Both the position numbers and the translations under genes were made by a program. Source: an uncultured virus (IMG/VR IMGVR_UViG_3300044972_000796) (Duplodnaviria > Heunggongvirae > Uroviricota > Caudoviricetes). From it: a DNA stretch of 20,000 nucleotides. Shown here one piece after another: positions 7,135 to 16,700 of this stretch; within the stretch, counting starts at the first letter, position 1; each line of letters starts with the position of its first letter. The notes under the pieces are model-generated. The model did not search any database. It saw only the letters and a program-made list of their open reading frames with translations, and was not told the origin of the DNA. The DNA lies in the IMG/VR virus record IMGVR_UViG_3300044972_000796; one strand, given 5' to 3'.

Positions 7135-7399
7135 GGCTACTAACAGGCATATCCCAAACGTGGCGTCGCTCGACGCCTTTTTCTTGGGCAAATCTTTTTG
7201 CATCACAATTTCCGCAAACATGATAAAAATTATTGTTTAGACGTTTTGGATCCATTGATCCTTTTTCTCGTTTAAATTCTGCCCCACAGCTGTCACATCG
7301 AAATATAATCATAGTCTTTTTACGGCTATATGTATGCATAGTACCATTTTTACTGGGACGTTCGTAGTTTGTAATCACATATTCGGTTTGAATTAGCAT
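7112..7399 (-). CDS. Zinc-ribbon protein (CxxC...CxxC), 95 aa
   Basis: FRCDSCG and HVCGNC motifs, basic composition. TAAATA lies 5 nt upstream of the ATG. Confidence 0.75.
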   Translation of the reverse strand: MLIQTEYVITNYERPSKNGTMHTYSRKKTMIIFRCDSCGAEFKREKGSMDPKRLNNNFYHVCGNCDAKRFAQEKGVERRHVWDMPVSSLKTLDQL

Positions 7400-7404
7400 A
7401 AATG

Positions 7405-7462
7405 TATTTACATTAAGGTTACAAAACGCCTTTGATAAATATCATATCGAGGGCATAATGTG
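7405..7462. promoter_or_regulatory. Divergent late promoters plus an RBS-sequestering hairpin for erpA
   Basis: Minus-strand TAAATA at 7405-7410 and plus-strand TGATAAATATCATAT at 7433-7447. GCCTTTGATA (7428-7437) pairs with TATCGAGGGC (7445-7454) using two G-U pairs. Confidence 0.65.
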
Positions 7463-7783
7463 ATAACAATTTCCGAATCAGCAAAAGTAAAAATCAAAGA
7501 TCTTCTCCTTGAAGAAAACAATCCCAAACTAGCATTGCGCACATTTGTACAAGGCGGAGGCTGTAGCGGTTTTAGCTATGGTTTTACATTTGACGAAGAA
7601 ATAAACGAGGACGATTTTGAAGTCCCGCTAGACGAATTTAAGGTACTTGTGGATGCAATGAGTATGCAATATCTATCGGGTGCAGAAATAGATTATAAAG
7701 AAGATCTACAAGGTAGTTCATTCAGCATAAAGAATCCCAACGCACAAACTACGTGCGGCTGCGGTTCTAGCTTTGGAGTTTAA
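7460..7783 (+). CDS. erpA: A-type Fe-S cluster carrier (ErpA/IscA/HesB family)
   Basis: [36 protein letters not shown] and [12 protein letters not shown] (three conserved Cys). GTG start with a GAGGG RBS. Confidence 0.93.
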   Translation: MITISESAKVKIKDLLLEENNPKLALRTFVQGGGCSGFSYGFTFDEEINEDDFEVPLDEFKVLVDAMSMQYLSGAEIDYKEDLQGSSFSIKNPNAQTTCGCGSSFGV

Positions 7784-7785
7784 TA

Positions 7786-10700
7786 ATGACACAAAAAATA
7801 ATTGATATTGGTATTCAAGGCAATGACGGTACTGGTGACAGTATCCGTGAATCGTTTCGTAAGGTTAATGAAAACTTTACAGAAATGTATGCTATTTTTG
7901 GTGCGGGCGGCACCATTAATTTTACCAACTTAGGAGATACTCCTGCTAGTTACCTCGGTAGTCAAATCATCATGGCCAGTGTACTCGGTGATAGACTTAC
8001 TGCTAGAACTCTTGTTGAAGGAAATGGCATTGCTATCGATACAGATAGTAGCAATAGCACAGTTACTATTAGTGCAACTACTCAGGGTCTTAACAGTGAT
8101 GTAGCTGGAACTGGTTTAGCAGGGCATTTAAATTCTAATACGTTTACAATTGGCAGTCTGAGTGATCCTACCGCTGCTGTTGCGGCTCTGTATGAGGGTG
8201 TGTTTCCAAATTCCGTTAATACATTACCACCTGGTCGAACTACGCAAGATCAACTAGTAATGACAAAGGGTTACGCAGATCGTAACTATGTTGCTAGTTT
8301 TGAAGGCACTATTGTTGATGCATTAAAATCTAGGCCTGAGCCGCTGACACCTGAATTAACTAATCCAGACTACGATCCAACACTTACAAGCAATTATCTA
8401 TCAACTGAAGTGATGCAACGTAAGGATGTGGTGTATCGCGGTGGTGACACTATGACAGGAACACTAAATCTAAGTGACCATCCTGGTGCAGCCGCAGGAA
8501 CAGGCACTCCTAACGGGTCAGATGATTTGCAGGCGGCCAGCAAGTATTATGTTGACAACAAAACATTTACCAGCAATGTAAACTTATACGTGTCAGCAGC
8601 AAGCGGTGACGACAGCCAAGCTAGAACACCCAATGGTAAGGAAGGCAGATTTTGGCAGTATGCTTACAAAACTGTTGGTACGGCTGCTTTGCAAGCTGAG
8701 AATTTAATTGAACTTGCCAGTATAGAACCTGGGCCATACAAACAACGAATTGCATATACAGTGGGTCCGGATCAAACTCAAACAACTATAGACAGTGTAG
8801 TGTTGTCGGGTGGGAATTCTGGCATTGCTGGATACCAAGATGCTGCTGATTTACTAACACTGAATAAAACATTTATTCAAGCAGAAACTATTGCTTACTT
8901 GAATAAAAAATATGTAAACGCCATTGTAATTGACGAAACATTGTACACTGAAATTATAACAAAAGTCATCGACGGAGTTGGTTATGATTTAGTTGTAGCG
9001 TCTGACTATAATTCAATTACTGTTGCTTCAAACTTATTCGAAGCACGATATTTGGCTGTGTTAACTGAACAACAGACTCAAGTACTAGATGCTATTGATC
9101 GTATAAGAAATACCATTTTAGATTACAATTACGATTCCACTGCAACTGAAAACTATATTGGTATGGTGCTTGATGCATTGGGATACGATTTAGTATTCCA
9201 AGGATCGTTTCAAAGTTTACAAACAGGCTTGGCGTTTAATCAATACGCTACTGATTTAAGTACTGATGAAATTACAGCAGTGATTTCTAACCTTGGTGCA
9301 ACTTTATTAACATATCCTAGTATAACAGTTTCACCCAATGCGATAGCCTCAATTACTGCCAATATTGCAGCAATCAATGCTACAATAATTAATAATTCAA
9401 TAACAGTTAGTGCAAATACATTCCCAGATCAAACTAGCACATCTGACGGCTTAACAAGTGCTAAACAATTACTGCTTACTAATATTCCATTTATACAGGC
9501 AGAAATTATTGCATACTTACAGTCTAACTATCCAGATACATCTTACAGTAAAACTACATGCCAGCGTGATGTCAAGTATATTACATGGGCATTAGTTTAT
9601 GATTTAATGTACAGTGGAGATCAACAAAGTTCGTATGCCGGTTCTCAGTACCGTCTTAGCGGGCAATTACAAATCCAAGAGTATGAATTAGAAGCCACAC
9701 TGTCTGCTATTGGATATATCAACACGTTAGCACAGGCCATTATTAATAATGATGCTCCAGCGTTAGTCTATCAAACAAGTTTTAGACAATATACCAATGA
9801 AACACTAGTGGATGGTAACGAAGCGTCTGCTAGTATTGCCGCAAATGTCGCTACTGTACAATATATTATTACCAATATAGGGCCAGCACATGTTGTAACA
9901 TATCCTGATATTACTGGAACTTCTTCAGTATTGCAAATTGCAAGAACTGCATTTACCAGTTCAGGAGCAAAAACAACATTAAAAGCGGCTGCAATTGATT
10001 TTATTGACACTAATCCAGATTTTTCAATATTAAACAATCCAACTGTGAATGCAGTTGTTAATTCAAGATTTGATGCTATTGAAAGTATTATTAATTTAGG
10101 AGTGTCTACAAGGTCAGTTCCCAACTATACATATCCATCGGGACTGATTAGCGGCTACCGTCATGCACAGGCTGCAATTGATGCCAACATTTCATTCATA
10201 GTAGAAGACTCGTATGCATTTGGTATTGCAACAAATCCAAGTTTTATACCATATGACGGAGTTGTTGCATTTAAAAGAAGATTAAGTTATTTCCTAGAAG
10301 CGTTGATGTACGACATTACCTATGGTGGAAACAGTGCCACAGTTGCAGCGGCGCAGGCATATTGGATTGGCAACACTTCAATATTAACAACTAATGAGCA
10401 AACTATCACTGTATCAATTCTCAATCAGTTGGAAACAGTCACTACATTTGTTGTGGCCAACACATCAGTTACTAATCCATCAACTGGCAATTTTATTGCA
10501 ACCACAGGAGCAAGTGGCGACGGTGTACATGCAACTATAACATTTGCTGACCAAGGTTCTGCACCATATACTGTGGGACAAGTTATTACCATAACAGGTA
10601 TGACACCGTCTGGATATAACGGATATTATACTGTAACTGGTTGCACAGCAACTAGTGTGTCTTGGGCTAGCGCCGTAACTGGAAGTCAGACAGTTGCTGG

Positions 10701-13700
10701 CAAGATTACCAAGCAAGTGCAAAGCATATCGTGGACTGGTGGTGCGGCAGCTCCGGTTGGAGTATTATTAAATGCAGTGATTGATATCATAGCAAATAAT
10801 ACTGCTACGGCTAAAACATATCCTGTATTAACGTCTTACGATAGTGATTTAACGTCAGCAAGAACAATTATACAATCTAATCGTTCAATGATCACCAGCG
10901 ATATTATTGATTATTTGAAGGCAACTTACAAAGGTGGATTTAATTATAACGAAGCCACGTGTTATAGAGATGTTGGATATATTATAGACGGCATGAGTAT
11001 TGATATTTTAACAGGTGGAAATTATCAAACTGTTACTGCTGGTAAAAGTTATTACAAAAGTGCCAGTGCTAGGCTGGCTATCACAACACAGTTGACAGAA
11101 ACAATCGATGGTATCACATTTGCTAAAAATCTTGCATTACAGGTTTTAAATAAAACAGATGCCACACGTTATCAAACATTAGTTACACAGAATTTTGGCG
11201 TTGGATTATCGCCGGCGGCCGGCGCAATCACACTGCTTGGCAATAATATGAATACTATTCTTAGTATCATTAACAACGGTATAGGTTCTGCACCAGCTGC
11301 AAGTTTTGGTACTGGAATTTATACAGTTACATTTGGCAACGGTGGAAACAATTATGTGGATCAAGGATCACCGGGTTCAGTTCATATTATACCTGGAAAA
11401 ATCCTTATTGGTGGAACTTCAAATGCAGCCGGTGTCATTGTAAAATATCTACCAGGTTCAGGTGCAAGTGTTGACTCAATACAAGTTCGATTGACAAAAC
11501 CAGGATTTTTTGTTGAGAACGAAAATCTAGACTTTGGCGAAACTGTTAAAGACTTGAACATTACAATTTTTGTGGAAAGTGGAATCTATCTCGAAGACTA
11601 TCCAATTAGATTATCTGCCAACTGTAGCATTAAAGGTGACGAATTCCGCAGGACTATCATACGTCCAATAGATAGAGTTAGTCAAAGCCCGTGGCGTAAA
11701 ATATTCTTTTATAGAGATAGCATTATCGATGCTATGGAAATTGGAGTTATTGATACCAATATTGACTATAGTACTGCCACTAGTCTTACGATAAGTGGAA
11801 CAACTGGAAAAATCATTGCAACACTGGGAAGTGGTCAAGCTCCTAACAGTTGGATTGGAAAAGTTATCCAAGACAATACTGCTGTGACTCCAGGCAAGGC
11901 TGTCATTGACAGCATTAGTGGTAACACTATGAATTGTAGTGTTATCTACCCATTTGCTGCAAAAGTAACTTACGCAAGCGGTAACTGGAATCTATATGGC
12001 ACTAAAGATTACGGCCGACACTATTTGGTAGATCCTCTGGATATCAACAGTGTTGCTAAAAATAATCGAGACATCGATGTCATGCTGTGTGGTGATGCTA
12101 GTAGAATTAGTAATATTACTTTCCAAGGTCACGGTGGCTTTGCCATGGTGTTGGATCCAGAAGGCCAAATTAAAACTAAATCACCGTATGGACAAGTAGC
12201 AACAAGTTTTAGTCAGTCAATAAACAGAAAATCTTTCCGTGGCGGACAATTTGTTGACGGATTTGCTGGTAGACTATTTGGTACTATTACTAACGTGGCT
12301 GATTCCGGTGTCACTGTTACAGTGACTGGATCGATTAATAGTGGATTAGATATCAGGCCACCACAAGTTCCATGTGTATTTTATGTACAAGGAAATCGTT
12401 TCCAAGTAAACGATGTTGTTAGCTATGATCCAAACACATACACTGTGGTCGTGACATTGGATGTATCGACTCCATTTAATCCAGCTACTATCTATAACTC
12501 CGCAACATTTTCTACAGAGGTAGATGAATTAATTGATGAACTTACATACGATTTATTATTTGGGTCTAATTATCAAAGCATTAAAGCTGGGTTAAACTAT
12601 TTGCAGCCACAAAATGTTAAAATTGGTATTAGACAATTGTATCTTTTATCAGGCATTAATGACGTAAAAAATGAGGCCAACTCACGAATTACTAATACAA
12701 CGTCTCAAGGTATTATTACTGCTAGAACTACTATAATAACTGATATTATATCACAAGGTCTAGCAAGTGTGCCAGCGGCTACATTCCCCGATCCAATCGG
12801 TGCAATTACCACAGCAGTAAATGCTAAAAATATCCTAGTGGCAAATCGAGAATTTATCCGATCTGAGATAGTTGGCTGGATAGCCGCTAATTTTTCTATC
12901 AAGACAATTTTTCAATACAATGCTGTTAAGACCAGCAGAGACCTTGGATATATTTTAGATGCATTAACATATGATTTATTGTACGGCGGAAATAGTGCTA
13001 CATTAGACGTGGCAGGTTTCTTCTGGAGCGGATCAACAAATCAAATAATTGGTCAAGAAGAATACTATGCGGCTGCACTGAGCCAGATGATGGATGTTAT
13101 TGAACAAGTAATAACCAATGTGTCAGTTGCAGTATCGCTTGGTAATTTGCTAACACAAAATACAAGTTTACCAGCGGCTAGTGTTTTGGAAGTTGCAACT
13201 GTAAAAACATTAATTAGTACATCTATTGATTTTATTCTTAATGGAAATATTGACAACAGTGTTATAGGAACCACGACTTCGGGTAGTGCAACTGTGGTCA
13301 ACGTGAATTATAACAGTGCATTGGTTGCTGGCGTAACTGTGACAGGAATTGGTATTACTATCAGTCCTGCTACTACTGTGGTTTCATACGATCCGGTAAC
13401 TAAAATATTAGTAATTAGTCAACCAGCAACTGCAAGCACAGCGCACACTGTTTTAATAATTTCTGGCACCACTCCAACAAGAGTTGTTCCTACTATTCCA
13501 ACAGACAGTTCATACGATCAAGTCAAAGCAGACAGAACAACTATTGTAGGTGCAAAGGTTGGTATAAAAACAGATGTTACCGCATATCTTAATTCTGGTG
13601 CAGGACTTGGGATTAATATTGAAATGGGCGGGAATCGTTCAATGTTGGCCAATGACTTTGCCATGATTAACGATTTGGGTTACGCTATTTTCTGTACCAA

Positions 13701-16700
13701 TGGCGGTTTATCGGAACAAGTTTCAACATTCTCGTATTACTGTCACACACACTATTGGGCCAACAACGGCGGACAAATTCGTTCTGTAGCTGGTTCAAAT
13801 GCACACGGCGACTATGCATTACGTGCCACCGGTTATGACGTAACAGAATTACCAGACTCAGTCACACTTGCAAATGACCTGGTTCAAACTGCCCGTGTTT
13901 ACAAGCAAGGCAGTGTTGCTGGACAAATGACTCCAACTGCTACTACACAAGCATTAAGTATTTGGATTTTGGGATATGCGTATTCGCCACCCAATAATTC
14001 CGAGCTGGAAATTGATCACTCATTAAGTGGTGGAGTGATAACACGATATCTAGTAAGCACTGTGGAACATACCGTTATCACAGTTGGTGGACAAAACGTT
14101 CTCAAGGTAAACTTGAGCACAGCAGGTTCCAACAGCACAGTAACAACTGGACTTGCATACGAATTGTATGACGGCCAACAGTTGGTAATTCGTGTCAATC
14201 AAAATATTAAATTCAATAACATCGACAATGTTAAACCTACTAGACCAAGTACTGCGGTTCAATACGGTGAAAACTTGGCAGACATATATCGTGTTGTTGC
14301 ATACTCATTGGTTGATTCCACCGGTGAAGCATTGGCGTCTAACATTGCTATTTTACAAAGCGATGCTGGTTTCAATTATTACAAATTTAACAGTGATCCC
14401 ACATATATTTCCACTGTTGATCCGCAGAATGCCTTAAAAACACAAGGATCTAAAGTTGGTGACAACAAGATTGCTGTGTTACAAATTAGTCAGCAAACAA
14501 TTATTGACCAAATTAACAAGGGCATTTATCTAACTGGTTGGGGAGGTCGTGTACATCGTGTTATTAGTTACACAGTTCCTACTTTTATTGCTACGGGTCT
14601 TGTTGTTAGTTACGATTCGTTATCACGCACCTTGGTTGTGAACAGTGTCACTGGTGCTGTTGATATTGGGGATGCACTGACAGATAACGGCTTCGATGGT
14701 TCACAACAAGTACAAACTGTAGTGTTTAGTGGAACCAATAACAGCATTGCAACCATTGTGGTTGATATTGCAGAAAGTGGCCCAGTGTCAGTTGGAGTTG
14801 CTGTAACATTTGGTGTTGCAACCAACGGTTATTTGACCATTGATCCTAATCCAGTATTCAATAACAGTGCTGATGGTACAGGCCTGGTTGCAATGACTTA
14901 CGTGAGTCATGCGGAAGGTCCAAGTGGTTCTGGATACACTGGTGTTAAATTTCAAATACCGTTTGCAACAGCCCTGCCGGCGGTGGATAGCTTTTTAACT
15001 GTGGCAAATAACAGCAATGCCAATTATAATGGAACTTTCCAAATTCGCAGTATTACTAATAAAACACAAGTCAGTGTTGCAAGTACTACTGGTTTATCAG
15101 TAGGAATGTTGGTCACTAGTGTGGCAGTGGGTGCATACATTCCAGATAGTTGTATTATTCAAAGTATTGACAGCGTAACCCAATTTACTATAAGTCCAGC
15201 TGCTTGGATTCCGCCAGGCAGTTCAGTCAGCTCTACCCTAGTTGCTTACTTGTCAGGATTAACAATCACAGATGGCGGCAGTTCTTACACCACTGAAGTG
15301 TTGGCATTGCAAGGAGTGCCTATCATAACATTGTCAGGCGGTGGTGCTGGAACTAATCAAGGCATTGCAGTTGCAGTGTGTTCAGGCGGTGCTATTACTC
15401 AAGTTAATATTGTGAGTCCGGGTTATGGATATACCAGTGCACCAACAGTGACAGTGAGTTATGGTAATGCTGTGCTAACACCTGTTTTATCGCAAAGTCC
15501 CACAGTTAGTACAGCCGTGACTGCTGGAATAAACACCATAGATTTAACACTGGCATATCCAACTAGTCCTGTTATTACTGGCACAGCAACCGCAACAACA
15601 CACGGTGTTGCTGTTACTACCCTTAGCAGCATTGTTGGAACAACATTGATTATTGGTGCTGTTAGTTCAGGAACAGTGGCAATCGGTATGATGTTAACTG
15701 GAGGTACAATTCCAGCTGGTACATTTATTGTTAGTAATATCAGCGGAAGTGGTGCTGGTAGTGAGTGGACTGTTAATCAAAGTGTCACACAAAGTGGTAC
15801 AACAATCACAGGAACAAACAATCTAATAACAATTAACAGCGTTACCAACTTGGATATTGGAATGCCCATTGTGATAAGTGCCGCAGCTTCGTTGAGTGGC
15901 ATTGCTGAAGGTACATATTATGTTACAGAAATTATTGGTTCTACACAGATTGCAGTGAGTGCAAGTTATAATGGTGTCAACGTTTCAGTAACCAACTCAG
16001 CAGGAACAGGTGCATGGACTGCTAGTGGATTCCAACTTGACAGTCTTATCACCATCACAGGATATGCCAGCACAACTGGTACTGGACCGTACGATGTAGA
16101 ATTTACAATTCCAACCAGTTCAATAACAAACGGTGCATATTACAGAATTGTAGGAAACAGTAATTCGTTATACAACGGATTTTGGCAATGCGTCAGCAGT
16201 ACGAATGCTTCTGCCACATCGATTGTGTTGAGATATGAGTATGATCCAGGCACTTACGGAACTGGCACTACAACCTTAAGCAAAGAATTAACCAGTGCAA
16301 CAAGTACACAAATTGGTATTAGCAAACCATTCAGTGCGTTTGGCGCTGCAACATTGCGTCTAGGATATGCTGCAAATACTCCGGGACAGATTACACAGCG
16401 TATTAGTACTTGTCGGGTTACTGGCCATGACTTACTGGACATTGGTACAGGTAGTTATAACACAACCAACTGGCCAACTGTTATTTACGGCAACCCTGCC
16501 AAAGACAAACAACAAAGCCAAGAAATACTGGAAGAAGGTGTGGGTCGTGTGTTCTATGTGACCACTGATCAAAACGGTGTGTTCCGTGTGGGACGTTTCT
16601 TTACAGTTGACCAAGGTACTGGATCAGTTACATTCTCAGCAAGTATTGCTTTGAGCAACTTGGATGGTTTGGGATTTAAGCGTGGTGTGGTTGTGAGTGA

